64,000 bases of DNA from Neoechinorhynchus agilis (taxonomy: Eukaryota > Animalia > Acanthocephala), in the NCBI GenBank assembly GCA_051530055.1, contig CM121342.1, positions 12,787,480 to 12,851,479 of the forward strand, written 5' to 3'. Of this stretch, positions 1 through 11,914 are shown one piece after another. Both the position numbers and the translations under genes were made by a program. The notes below the pieces were generated by a model. The model made no database searches, was not told the origin of the DNA, and saw only the letters and a list, made by a program, of their open reading frames with translations. The stretch's first letter is position 1; the number at the start of each line of letters is the position of its first letter.

Positions 1-1124
1 GGGCTTTTAATCTGTCTAAAGGTACAAGCAAATAAATAATCGTTAAGTCAAAAAAGGTGAGGTCGGAAAATGATGAAACGTAAATATTACACTCATTTTC
101 TTAAATTGGATAAAAGAAAAAGAAATTTGGAAAAATCTTAGCCTGCCAAGTAAGAAAAATCTTTTAGTTTGTAACCAAACGAAGTTGGGATTAAAAAAAA
201 TTAAAAATTGTTAACTACATCCATCTAAATTTTATACAAGGTCCCTTCCATATTCGTTTTTATAATCAAAGAAAAAGCAAACATCAAGGAATTTTGTGGA
301 TGTTCCAAGTGCTTTTGTATTGACTATCGGTAACTTGCGTTGTTTGCACGTTCTAAAAGCTGTTGGTTTCTCTAATTACTAAACGAACTATACAATGTAT
401 TCGAATGAGTCTTTTGTTTTCATCAAGACGTAATTCACGTTGTGAATGGCGACCTAACATATGCTCAGAATTCTTATTTACTTTGATTTATAGGAAAGGA
501 TGATGGAATTTTTGCGTTATAAGGATTTGCACAGTAAATTCATTCGAGCAAGCCTTCATTAATCAATCCCCATGAACACGAGTAAAATTCATCAGGAGAA
601 ACCAAAGGTTACTCGTCCTGCCCTCTACTAAACTTTACTGGAACGGAGGAGTAACTCTAAAGAGAGCCAATGTTTTGTATCACCTGAATAATTAGAGAAC
701 ATTGAAGATCGAGCATCAGCATTGAATGCGTTCGAATTTACGCATTCTATCGCTGTTTTTTCCAGTTTGATAAACAAATCACGGTTCAATAATTTGCACT
801 AGTATACATACGGCTTAGGATAAAATACACTAAAATCGGAGGAAATTAAAAATCGAACAGTCTATGAAGAAAGATTAGGAGTTTTCAAAAAATCTCACCC
901 TAGATTATCAAAAGTCACGCTATTAGGCGATTATTTGGGTTATTTTATTTTCCAGATTAGTTTCTACATGAATGTCTCCCATTTGAGTCATAGTGTAAAT
1001 AGAATTGCGAGAATCGGTAAAGAAGGAAACAGTTGTGTGTTTACTTGTAAAATATCAGAAGAAATTTTTACGATCTTCCGCAGTGCTCAGGAAACTCATA
1101 ATAATCTATAAAGTTTTGTAGAAT

Positions 1125-1340
1125 AATAACACGTTTATTTGTTTGTTAGATAACAAGAATTGTACCCACTTAATTTTGGGTCCTCATTGTGGCATTGTTT
1201 TCGATGACGATAGGATAATTGTTATTTAAGCGATAAACAATATTGGTTTGAAACTATGGAATGCGGATTTGTTGAGGTCGGGCGAAGTTTGTTCGGGTGG
1301 GGATTGGTGGTTATTGTTTGCAGGAGAGTTTGTGAGGTTG
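1125..1340 (-). mobile_element. 3' end relic of an L2/Crack-like LINE
   Basis: Similar to 33725-34030, with the shared GGACCCAAAA motif and AATAAACGTG followed by a (TTA/TTG)n-like tail on the minus strand. Confidence 0.4.
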
Positions 1341-1833
1341 GTACAGGTCAGTCGTTGTCATCATTTGCGTCCACCGGTTTTAGGTCTGAGAAGAAAAACG
1401 AGTACGTAGGAATTATGATGATGTGACGTCATTGTGCTGTTAGGACGTTTTTCAAACAGCGAGTTCAAATAAAAATTAACCTTAATTGATTCGTCGGAGC
1501 GCCGATGGGGCAGAAACTGTGGCTGGTTGTGTGTTGAACTGTGACTGACATTTACATTTGCCCTTGGACGCAGAGCACGGTCGAGAAAATGCCTTGAACT
1601 AGAACATTTAAATGGAACATTCATCAAGTGAACACTCGCAGAATGTTGTTTTTCGCAAAAAATGATTCTTGGACAGAGTACTCGTTGGTGTTTTGTTAAC
1701 TTCTCCGAAATTTCCGACAATTCTAATCTTTAAGATTTGGAATTCAACGTAAAGACCTACATTAAATTATAGTTAAAGATAAAATCCATGAGTATGTGGC
1801 GGTGGGGGAAAAATTATATCAAAGAATCACTTT

Positions 1834-1878
1834 AATCGAAATATTTCGCCCAATCACACTGGACTTCTTCAGTCAATT
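1834..1878 (-). ncRNA. Minimal type I hammerhead ribozyme motif of the Penelope-like element
   Basis: aattga-CTGAAGA-a-GTCCA gtgtgat TGGGC-GAAA-TATT-tcgatt; 6-bp stem I, 5-bp stem II, palindromic ATAT helix III. Confidence 0.75.
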
Positions 1879-2284
1879 ATCTAAAAAGGAATTAGGAACC
1901 ATCAGTGCCTTATCCGGAGATATCCCCAACCTTAGGGAATAATCTGTCTTATTTCCCTCGAACGTATTGGCTGCCTGAATGAACATGGCTTCGATAATAA
2001 CACGCTCAACCTTATGGTCATCGCGTTCCAACAAATATGCGTCGTTAATATCGATCTTATGGCCCGCATTCAGAGAGTGGGAAACCAAAGCGGAGTTCGT
2101 ATCCTGTTTCCTCAGTGAATAGCGATGTTCCCTCATCCTCCTCCCAGCATCGATCACAATCCAAGCAAGGTATTCTATATACCGCACCACTTGGGCCTTC
2201 ACGACTGCTCGGATAGATCAGGTCATGAAGATGATTCCTTCGTTTGGAATAGACGAGCGTACGTTTGCTCGGGTGGCCTGCCAA
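1834..2284 (-). mobile_element. Penelope-like element 3' fragment (GIY-YIG endonuclease, frameshifted)
   Basis: AVYRIPCLDC...RRMREHRYSLRKQDTNSALVSH...ERVIIEAMFIQ in ORFs 2057-2284 and 1873-2202; hammerhead motif directly at the stop codon. Confidence 0.85.
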
Positions 2285-2289
2285 TGATG

Positions 2290-4020
2290 TATGACCAAAA
2301 CAGGGGCTTCATTGCACAAAAACACACACCAAACACCACCAGGGGCGCGTGCTATATGGTAGCAAAAGCGCGGTGATGACGCGGGGACGACGGTGCCAAC
2401 AGTATCAATTAATCAATATCACAATCTTCCCCCTTCGCTCTTAGTTTGATGGGGATCCGACAGGACCTCCTAACTTCCAGTCCATCTTCTGTGTAATATT
2501 TTGAGTCCATCTCTGGGTGTTGAACATTAATGACGCCAAATCGCCTTCGCTGCTTTTTGCCGGCCATCAGGGTGTTCAATCAGTGCAGTTTTCTCGTCGC
2601 CACTGATCGTCGAATTTGGTCCTTGGAATCATGTTCCGTAAGAGCACCGTTTTATTTGAAGATATCCAGTCAGAAATGGAGGAGATTCGCTCACTTCTTG
2701 GGAAGCTGAACATCCGTTCATGCGGTGTCTTTCCTGTGCTAGTACAGAGTAACATCCGTATTTTTCTCAGCGCTTCGTGAAGCACATCCCTTGTGGTTTA
2801 AAAAATCGAGGCTTGATCCGACAGCAGACAACGCAAGCAGCACTGAGCTTCCGAATGTCTTCTATGCTGTAAGGAATATTGTTCTGTTTGACATAATGTT
2901 GCATTCGTGTGATTCCAGGGTGGTCAAGTCTTCGATGCAACTTAATTAGATGAGCAAGTCCAGATTTGTTGTCGACCGAACACAATCGGGCACAGGAGTC
3001 ACGGGACAGAACTTCAGCGGCCAAGTTCTCCCGTCCGACTCTATACCTGAGCGTATATGAGTAATTGGATAACTCTAGTTTCTATCGCAGAATCCTCTCA
3101 TTCCTGATTTTTTTGCGCGATCTTGAACCACCATGGAAAGGACAGACCTTTGGTCGGTGATAATTGTAAAGGGGCGAATAGCTAGGTATTTCCAGTGCTT
3201 TACCGCCTCGACGAGAGCATAAGGCTCTTTCTCTACAATGTGATACTTTTTTTTTGTGCTTGTTTAATGTTCTGGAAGAAAATCCGACTGGACGCCCATC
3301 CTGAAAAAGTGCCGCCCTTATGGCATTATCGGACGCGTCGGTCTCAATCACGAATTCTTTTATTTCATCGATATTGTTAATGACCGCATGTTTAATGGCC
3401 TCCTTCAGATCGTTGATCACCGACGTTAATTCACGAGTTAACGGAAAAATAATCTCCTTCGACACCAGGGGTTCGATTTTCTTCGAGTAATTGGGTATCC
3501 ATCGGCTTTGAAGTGTTGTTGAGTTGGTAGGAATCCCAATATCGTTTAAAGGCCTCAGTCGGTTTGGGTCAAGTCTTAGCTGACCGTGACCAATTTCATG
3601 TCCGAGGACGAAAATCCTATCCATTCCGTACTTGCTTTTAGTGTTATTTAATCGTAATCCCTTTCAGCTATCACCCGGAAACGGTTGAGGTTCTTATCGT
3701 GCTCTTCTTTTGTTTTCCCGCATATTATTACATCGTCCAAATACGAGTAAGTGTTGGCTAACACTCGAAGCCACTCTTTTCAATCTAAACTTAGAAAAAC
3801 ATGGGACCCAGATGGTTCAACGCCACCGGTCGCTGTGTTCCACGGGTGTGCGCGGCTGCAGAAAGGGTGGGGTCAGGTTTGAGATTGCTCATCGGTCCCA
3901 AAAAGTGGATTGGCCCTGCCCCTTCGAGTGCGGCTAAGCGCCTCCGAAGTGTGTGAGTTAGCCGAAAGGCAAAAAGGAATATATCCAAAAGGCTCAAAAG
4001 AAGATGTCGCAAAGACAATC
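2290..4020 (-). mobile_element. Degenerate, internally deleted Ty3/Gypsy LTR retrotransposon (RT, RNase H, integrase pieces, PPT, start of 3' LTR)
   Basis: YSYLDDVIICG near 3740; FVIETDASDNAI..GRPVGFSSRTL; HPGITRM..CVVC integrase zinc motif; PPT GCGAAGGGGGAAG at about 2426-2438 followed by TGT at 2423. Confidence 0.85.
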
Positions 4021-4271
4021 AATCAATCTGAAGAAAACAACTCATAAAATCATTCTTGGATATAATTTTTTCCCCACCCCCACATACATTAAATTATTGA
4101 AGTTCCAAACAAAACTCTACATACACTAAAAGCTAGCAAAGATTTATTACAAAGAAAAATTTCGGCCATATTCGCACCTGACATCAATTTATCTCCGAAT
4201 TTCCCATACTTCCGAAAGCTTAAATATTAATTAAGGTGACACGAAACGTGCATAATATCAGTCGTGAATAT

Positions 4272-6473
4272 TCAAGTCAAAATAGATTCTAGTGGCTTCT
4301 TTATTTTTCGTCTACGGATACTTTCTAAAATCAAGTTTAATTTGTTCTGGTTTTCTTTTATTCTATTCTGTTCTGTCAAGCTAACACATTCGTTCACCAA
4401 ACGTTCATATTGTGTTTTGAGTGTTTTTGATTGTTCAAACATAAGATTTCGTTCTCTCTGCAATTGAGCATTTTCATTCAACTGTTTAATATAGTCTTTT
4501 TGCAATTGTTGAAGGACACTGATATGAGCGCAGCGACGTTCATTTGTGTACTCAAAGGCTTTTACTTCATAGTTTCTATTAATAGTGTCTACCAATCGCC
4601 TTACCTTTCTGACGTCAGTCTTTAAAAGCTTATAAAGTACATTCAGCTGCTTAATTCGTGCAGCAAAGGTACGTTTCTTTGTAAGATCCGATCTTAGTTT
4701 ACTCAATTTTACCTCTAACTCGGCTGATTTCGTTTCAAATTCGAGTATTTGTTCTTCGAGAAATAGTTTCTTTTTGTTCATTTGTTCACAATCAAATTTA
4801 AGGCCAGAAATTTGTTTTTTAGCTCGTTTGAAATAATTTGCAGTTGGATTTATTGTACTGATTGCAGAAAACGCCGCATGTGCTCGCATGCGAGCATTTG
4901 CTTTCCTCAATCGTGCAATCCAAAATTTTCTTGCCTGTGATCTCTTAATTCTAATCATTCTCACAATCCTCGGTACCTTCCGCTTAGCTTTCAGTAAATG
5001 ACGACGTTTCAGGTCTAAACTTAACTCAAGACGTTGAAGGTCAAGAAGCTCTGTTAATGTAAATCTCCGCTCTTCGTCTTTCATAGCTTGTATTTGATCT
5101 TCGAAATGCTGGATTCTTTGTGAAGTTGCCGTATACTTTCTTTTCACATTCTCAATTTGACTCGAAATCTTCGCAATATCCAAAGAGCCGCGTCGAATGT
5201 ACCGTTGCGTCCATTGCAATGCGCTTTCAATCTCTTCGTGATTCTCCACTTCAGTCTCGTTCACTCTGGTTATTTCATTAAATCTGCGCTCAAATGTCAA
5301 CGCTTCATAAAAAGTTCGATCCTTGTTTACCTTCATCATTTCTATCTGTTCTTCGTACATCTTCGTTGCCTTTGACCACTCTCGCAGTTTATTCATTTCC
5401 GCTCCCAGCTTCGACTCTAAAGCTGCAATCGCACTCGACTTCCGCTCACTTCTTATATTAGCCTTTTCGACCGCTTTGCTGTAAGCTTCAATTTCGGTTT
5501 TGAATTTTTTTTCTTTTTCATTTAGTAACCGTAATTTACGATTAGCATTTCTTGTTCTTCTCACGCACTGCTTCCTCGTTTCTGCCAATTTTAAACACCC
5601 ATTATACATCGGCTTTAAAAAACTCAACTGTTTCAATGCATTCTCGATTTCATTTCGCAACTCATTTGCCCTAATCTTCATTTGCATCAACCGTCCAGTA
5701 TCCAATCTCTTCCAAAGTATCCTTTTTACTTCGCGTCTTCTCTTAATGTTTTTGGTAGGCTCCAATTGATTATTGGTTACAGAATGGCACTCAACTCGCT
5801 TCAGCGGCACGCTTTCAACTTTTGGCGTTTGCATCATCGATTCAGTCTTCTTCAAAACGCGAGAATCTTCAACAGCTTTTTTGAAAAATTCCAATTCAAT
5901 TTCAAAAAGCCTCATCGCCTCCTCCATTCTCTCCGTCAATCCAGTCTCGTGCTTCGTCAGACTTTTAGAAATATCTTCAATTTTTGTCAACAAAACCGAA
6001 CTCAATTCCTCTAATCTTGGCTTCCGTTTTTCTTTACTTAGTAGCTCATCTTTAACAGAAAATGTGCGCCGCCAATTTAATCCTTTCACCGCTAAAGTAT
6101 CAAACAAAAAATCGCTCATATCGACGGCTCGGTGCCGTTTTAGTATTGTCTCGACCTCCACGACTTTTCTCTTCTTCATCTCTTCGGCCATCGGTATTTT
6201 CTGGGTTCGGAGAAAATTTAATAACGGTTCCAAATGTTGATTGACGTGTTCAATCATACATCCTAGATTCTCATTTTTACTTCTCTTCAACGCCGAATCA
6301 TTGAACCAACCGTTCAGTTGGACAAGAACCTTACAAAAATCTGGACACAAACTCAAAATACGACGCTTATCGTCTTCAGTTAACTTGTTATTAAATAGAT
6401 GTAAAAGTGAATTGTCCAACGACGATTCGGAGGGCGCCGTTTTTCGGCTTGCATTCCCACACGACACTGGCAT
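4272..6473 (-). CDS. 733-aa basic coiled-coil protein, unknown function
   Basis: Long uninterrupted K/E/R-rich heptad-like ORF; splice-acceptor-like TTCTCTTGAATAG ends 3 nt before the ATG. Confidence 0.75.
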   Translation of the reverse strand: MPVSCGNASRKTAPSESSLDNSLLHLFNNKLTEDDKRRILSLCPDFCKVLVQLNGWFNDSALKRSKNENLGCMIEHVNQHLEPLLNFLRTQKIPMAEEMKKRKVVEVETILKRHRAVDMSDFLFDTLAVKGLNWRRTFSVKDELLSKEKRKPRLEELSSVLLTKIEDISKSLTKHETGLTERMEEAMRLFEIELEFFKKAVEDSRVLKKTESMMQTPKVESVPLKRVECHSVTNNQLEPTKNIKRRREVKRILWKRLDTGRLMQMKIRANELRNEIENALKQLSFLKPMYNGCLKLAETRKQCVRRTRNANRKLRLLNEKEKKFKTEIEAYSKAVEKANIRSERKSSAIAALESKLGAEMNKLREWSKATKMYEEQIEMMKVNKDRTFYEALTFERRFNEITRVNETEVENHEEIESALQWTQRYIRRGSLDIAKISSQIENVKRKYTATSQRIQHFEDQIQAMKDEERRFTLTELLDLQRLELSLDLKRRHLLKAKRKVPRIVRMIRIKRSQARKFWIARLRKANARMRAHAAFSAISTINPTANYFKRAKKQISGLKFDCEQMNKKKLFLEEQILEFETKSAELEVKLSKLRSDLTKKRTFAARIKQLNVLYKLLKTDVRKVRRLVDTINRNYEVKAFEYTNERRCAHISVLQQLQKDYIKQLNENAQLQRERNLMFEQSKTLKTQYERLVNECVSLTEQNRIKENQNKLNLILESIRRRKIKKPLESILT

Positions 6474-7455
6474 TTTCTATTCAAGAGAAGAAAGGTACAG
6501 AATTCTTCAAATCGTAACCATGGTAACGTGAATTATTCCGGATTAATTCAATTGGCGACAATAAAAATTACTTTTTATCTAATCAAGACCAAAAGACGTT
6601 CTTCAAAAAAGAAATCAGCGGTACAAAAATGTTAATCCGAACATGGAATTGCAACAAACAGAAATCTGTGTTCTTTGGTGATGAGAGAAGAATAAATATT
6701 GATTAACTAATTCTAAAAATATTTCGTCCGTCTCTCGTCAGACTTCTCGGTGGTCTAATTCTAAGTTTTAGCATATAATCTTCTTTATTAGACTGGAATG
6801 TATTCAGCTTTCATATCGATCGTCACTTTTCGCATAAATAAATCAATCTCATGATTCGATGTTGAATGACTCCTTTGGTTCGTTTTTCTTGTTCAACAGC
6901 GTTTCGACGCTGCTCATTCCGGCGCCGTAGATTATTCAATCGATCTCAGAACTTTTTTCAGCTTGATTTATGCATCTTAGTTTCTGAACTCTAAAAAACT
7001 TAAATCAAACAACGTCACTCGAAATATACGATTCTTCCGTGTCAAAGATTCTGTCTTCTCGCTCACAGCGTCCCGGAGAAGATTGAAAAGATGGCAGGAA
7101 CGACAAGGAGAGTTGTTTATAGACGTCGTCTTTCGTACAATACCCGGAGCAATCGTCGAAAAGTCGTACGGACGCCTGGAGGTCGCCTTGTAGTTCATTA
7201 CGTCAAGAAGCCTGGCACAGCTCCTTTATGTGGACAGTGCAAAGAGACGCGACTGAGTGGGATTAAGCCTTCGAGACCAAAGGACCGCCGTCGTCTTAAA
7301 CGGAACAAAAGAACGGTTTCAAGGCCCTACGGAGGAAGTCGGTGCTTTCAATGCGTCCGAGACAATATCATCCGTGCGTTCATTTATCAAGAGATCCAAT
7401 TTATGAGCCGGCAGGCCAAAGCATAAACCTTTTTTGTTGGTGTTAAGGGCGTGCT
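5130..7455. repeat. Source block A of the segmental duplication (inverted copy at 39885-42378)
   Basis: Near-identical reverse-complement match, including RPL34 and the 5' 60% of the coiled-coil ORF. Confidence 0.95.
7091..7426 (+). CDS. RPL34: 60S ribosomal protein L34
   Basis: RRRLSYNTRSNRRKVVRTPGGRLV..CGQC..VSRPYGGSRCFQC motif set; intronless. Confidence 0.95.
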   Translation: MAGTTRRVVYRRRLSYNTRSNRRKVVRTPGGRLVVHYVKKPGTAPLCGQCKETRLSGIKPSRPKDRRRLKRNKRTVSRPYGGSRCFQCVRDNIIRAFIYQEIQFMSRQAKA

Positions 7456-7698
7456 AGTGACGTCACTGAGAATTAAGTATTTGGTCCAAGAGGTCACGTG
7501 TTAACTTAGTCGATGTTATCCAAGGCGCTGCAAGTGTTCTCACGTTCAATTAATCATTAGAACTGATGTTTGGCGAGAAAGAAATCTAGATTGTAGGTCA
7601 CACGTGACCGCAGTGTTGGTGTTAAATTTCCGAGAAACATTACAGAAAGTTTGGCAGTCGTTGTAGTCTAATCTTTTTGATTCCTCTAAAGTTTAGAT

Positions 7699-8361
7699 AT
7701 GCCGCCATCTCATTCTTTTTCAAAGAAGCGACGGTCGGGGAGCAATGGTTCCGGTGCAAGAAGAGAGAAGCGATCCCGTCGATTAGATCAAAGGAAGCCC
7801 TTGGTGAACCAAGAGGAATCCAAACCGCCGAAGAAGCGAGAGGCCCGATGGTATGACAACTACGACATTCGATACGATTCGGCTATGGAGCGCAAAGCGA
7901 TGGAAGCGATTTGTAAGATGCCGGAGCCGGATTTGAGTTCACTGTTTCCGCCGAGTACACCATCAGTGAACACAATCGATTTGGATGCTTCGTTTGCGGA
8001 TTCGTATTGTGATAGTGAGGCTGAAGATCTCGGCGGACCACCAGTGACCAATATTGACAGTCCAAGAGCAAAGAACAAAAATGGGCGTTATAGAACATCG
8101 GTTTTGATGCGGTTAGTGTCTTCGTTTAAGCCAATACCAAGAGAGGAGGAGGTGAATTTCGAAGATGATTTGGACGATGACGCGTTAGTTAGACATGCAA
8201 TTGAAATGGAAGCAGCTGCCATTTCTAAAAAGGAATCGGAGTTCGATACTTCAATGACGGACGAAGAATTTCTTTTACAGTGCGAGGCATTGGAACGAGA
8301 GTTTGAACGTAAACAGAATGACGGGCCAGCAAGCAATACGAGATCGAGGGCGCATAGATAA
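7699..8361 (+). CDS. 220-aa hypothetical protein, basic N-terminus and acidic C-terminus
   Basis: Clean ORF with NLS-like KKRR; AATAAA about 28 nt after the stop. Confidence 0.6.
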   Translation: MPPSHSFSKKRRSGSNGSGARREKRSRRLDQRKPLVNQEESKPPKKREARWYDNYDIRYDSAMERKAMEAICKMPEPDLSSLFPPSTPSVNTIDLDASFADSYCDSEAEDLGGPPVTNIDSPRAKNKNGRYRTSVLMRLVSSFKPIPREEEVNFEDDLDDDALVRHAIEMEAAAISKKESEFDTSMTDEEFLLQCEALEREFERKQNDGPASNTRSRAHR

Positions 8362-8639
8362 AAGATTACGCGTTAAAATGTACACAAAATAAATAATATG
8401 ATTTGTGTTTAATCTTTGGGTTTTTTTGCTCATTAGGATTTTGCCAAATTAACATTAAAAACAAGGAATTTGATAGCGTGTCTGAAACGGCGAGTCTTTC
8501 TCAAGAATTATCTCGATTCAGTAAAATATTTTCTATCCAGGGGGAGGGATTATGATCACCACGTCATTTCATGATATGCTGCTACGATGCGGATCCTAAC
8601 TGGACATCAAGAAACGCCGGAAACATGGAGAAGTCCGTC

Positions 8640-9110
8640 GACAAAAACGGCGGCCAAGATTCCATTTGCACTCGAAGCAACGTGGTCTACGAGATGACCT
8701 ACGAACGATGTTTGGTCGATGCCAAACGAGAGTTAATCAATAGATAGGAAAAACTGAACGGCCTTTGCGTCAACGTTTGACGGAATACCTTCTCAATGCA
8801 ATGCGAATTAGATTTGTGGCCAAAACCCGGTGGAACCATCTATCACCGAGGCACTGCCTATTTCTGGGCCACGAGAACTGCTCGACGAACTTTTCGCTTC
8901 TATGTCGCTTCTTTAACACACTAAACATCTCCAAGCGCATTTGTAGACTCGCGAGCATGCTGTAAGACGACGAAAGCTCGAAAATAAAGATTTTCTCATT
9001 ACAATAGCCCGCTGAAGTGTCCATTTTCGAAAACAAAACTTCATAAATAGAGTGCTTTGAGTTTAATTTCAGGTTGGACAAGAAACTCAAAAATTTTCAT
9101 TGATGATCAT
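8640..9110 (+). mobile_element. Degenerate Penelope-like endonuclease relic
   Basis: CTRSNVVYEMTYERC...RPLRQRLTEY...TREHAVRRRKLE with stops. Confidence 0.6.
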
Positions 9111-9156
9111 TTAAGTTTAAGTGCGCTAAGGGTGGTGGATTGCAAACATCGTAAGT

Positions 9157-11803
9157 ATTCTTTTCACTCAAGAGGTCGTGGGTCCTAATATGATATCCAT
9201 TTGGTGATACATGTTGCGTCCAATTTAACTACGATCTTGATTTACACAATCCATCCCACGCTTCGTCGGTCTCCCTCGGCACCGCATTCTCAATATCCCG
9301 CCCCCTCTATGCTACGTAGTACATGCCCTCTCTCGTTATTCATAACCTTGTTGAACCACTGCAATCTTCTTTGAGCTATCCCTTCGGTGCATCGACGCAC
9401 CCCTACCATCCCTCTAATATCCTCGTTTCTTTTCATATCCTTGTGTGTGAAGCCAGCTGACCATCTCAGCATCCGCTGTCGTCCACGTCTTTGCGACGTA
9501 CAACATCGCTGGTTTCACTAGTCTGGAATAATCTTCCTTTTGGATTTAAACCGTTCCTTTTAGCACACAATACGCTTGACATTTTTCTCCAGTTGTGCCA
9601 TCCGCTTTGTATTCGAGCAGCTATTTTAGGTTTGAGAGAGTTGGTCATACTTACCTTGCTGCCGAGATATTCAACTGACGCTTTCAATTTTAATTGTTTG
9701 CCATCTAATTCTAGACCCTCCGGACCCATGTTAACTTTGAGTCCGTTGCTTTCCAATACCTCGCGCTATCCTTCCAGTCTTTGCATAGCCACTTCGCGTT
9801 TTTCCGCTGTGACTATCAAGTCATCAGCGTACATTAGAGTCCACGGAAGCATTGAATCGTTTTGCTGGGATCCAAATACGTCCATGATCGTGATTAATAG
9901 GAACGGACTGAGGGCAGATCCTTGATGTAATCCCACTGGGACCTTGAAATACTTTGTTTCGCCCACACTGCATCGAACACCTGTGCATGATCCGGCGTAC
10001 ATAGTCCTGATAGTTTGTACGTACTGCTCGGAGCAATTTTTCTTTCTAAGGTAGTTACATATCAGGTCTCTCGGCACTGTCTCCGGCTTCTGTTATTTAT
10101 CGAACTTTCATACAATTTTTGTTCACATCCGAGGAAATTCGACGATGGAAGGCAACAAATCTAACCATACGCTGGTGCTACCAATGTTGCGTAGCATGAC
10201 GGGCAAATTAGTCGGCAACAAACCGCAAGAGGTGTGCGCGGATGGAACTCCCCACACTTCGGGTATTAGCAAACCCGCGGATCTGAGCTACACCCAGACG
10301 TGACCGGCTGTGCATGATGTCCATATCCTCCATTTTAGATATCGACTGAAGAGGCAAGGAAAACCTTGTGAAATATTTCGAATATAAATGAGTAACGAAA
10401 GCACCGGGGGCAGGATTCGCCAACGCACAATTTGTCTAATTAAGAAAATCGCATCCATAGTGCTTCTTCGACCCGGCATGAAGCCACGCTGCTGCTCGTC
10501 GATACGGATCTCCTTTTGCAGGCGGCTGTTCAGAAGCCTCTCCCATACTTTCATTGTATGACTGATCAATTTTATACCCCTGTAGCTGCTTCATTGTTCA
10601 ACGTCCCCTTTCTGCTTATGGATCGGAATTACTGTACTTTTTTGCCAATTTCTGATTTCCTCATGAAAAGGTTGGTAAGCACTCCAGGCTTCGATCGGAA
10701 TATCGCCCGGTCCTGCACTTTTACCGGTTTTCATGTGCTTCATCGTAAGGCTAGTGAGGATTTTCCGTATTTCAAAGTTTGTTGAAATACTCTTGCCATC
10801 TTTGAAGGATATCGTTTTTGCTTCTTAAGGTTATTCCCGACGAATCCTTAATTCTTTTTATGACTGGAATATCCTTAGATCTTTTGTCGCGAATTCAGGT
10901 GATCTTGAATATCCTTTGTATATTTTTATCGTTTCAAATGCCTCGTATATTTCTCGATCCGATTCCTTCTTGGCCAAAGCACGTTCCTTTCTAGCATCTT
11001 TCCTCGCCTGCTTAAATTCCGCTAGATTTTCAGCTGTATGTGCGTGGTCTTAACTCTTTCTAGCTTCTCGTTTCCGACGTATCGCTCGCTTCACTCTTGG
11101 GTTCCACCACCAGGCCTCTTTACCTGTCTGAGGGGGTTTACCCGACGTCTGTCCAAGAATATTTCGACCCTCTTCCAATATGAGTTTGGCCGATTCGTTC
11201 CACCATGCATTTGGATCCTCCACTTTCGTTTCCAATTTACCAACTAGCGAATCACCAAATCTCTTACGCAGCACCGTATCTTTTAGCATCCACCACTTGA
11301 TTCTGGAGTTCGTTTTCTGAGTATATCGTCTCCTTCTTGTTCGGACCGTCAAGTGTGCTACTATTACCCGATGCTGTGATACCCAATGTTCGTGGAGAAT
11401 CGTTTTTACGTTTTTCAATACGTTCCATCGTGCTATCGGATAAAGGATGTAATCAATTTGACTATCTTTTCCTTCGTTCGAATAGGTGGCGATGTGCCTA
11501 TCTTCTTTTCGGTAGAACGTGTTTGTCAGTCTCAACACCTTCCCATCGCAAAGTCCAGAAGCTTTTCTCCTTCAGCATTTCGCAATCTAATACTATGTCC
11601 ACCATGCACTCGTTCATAGCCACCTCTACTTCCCACAAGTCCATTAAAATCTCCAGCGATCACATATCGAGCGCTTTTCGATTTCGCTACAGTATGGGAT
11701 CCCAAGCCCGGCTGAAAAAGGAGAAAGGTTGGCGCCAGGGAGGGCATCCGGCTGTAAAAATATGCCAAATTTTGAACCCAATGACATCAAACATACAAAT
11801 GAA
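9157..11803 (-). mobile_element. RTE-clade non-LTR retrotransposon, 5'-truncated with inverted 5' segment and 14-bp TSD
   Basis: APE motifs AGDFNG and SQIDYIL; RT motifs GLHQGSALSP and YADD; TSD CAAACATCGTAAGT at 9143-9156 and 11804-11817; 5'UTR piece at about 11697-11803 is on the opposite strand. Confidence 0.9.
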
Positions 11804-11914
11804 CAAACATCGTAAGTCTGATGGACTAAAATTCGTTTTTATTTCCACACGAACAAATTCTTTTTCCATTGGAACGAGTGTGCATTCGAGAAAAATCAAT
11901 CAGTGGTTAACAGA

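Noticed and set aside
1361-1720. 119-aa ORF
   Set aside because: No recognisable motif or gene signals; lies between TE relics
4431-6531. Several plus-strand ORFs over the coiled-coil gene, and their mirror copies at 41264-42447
   Set aside because: Antisense shadows; their conservation is explained by the duplication
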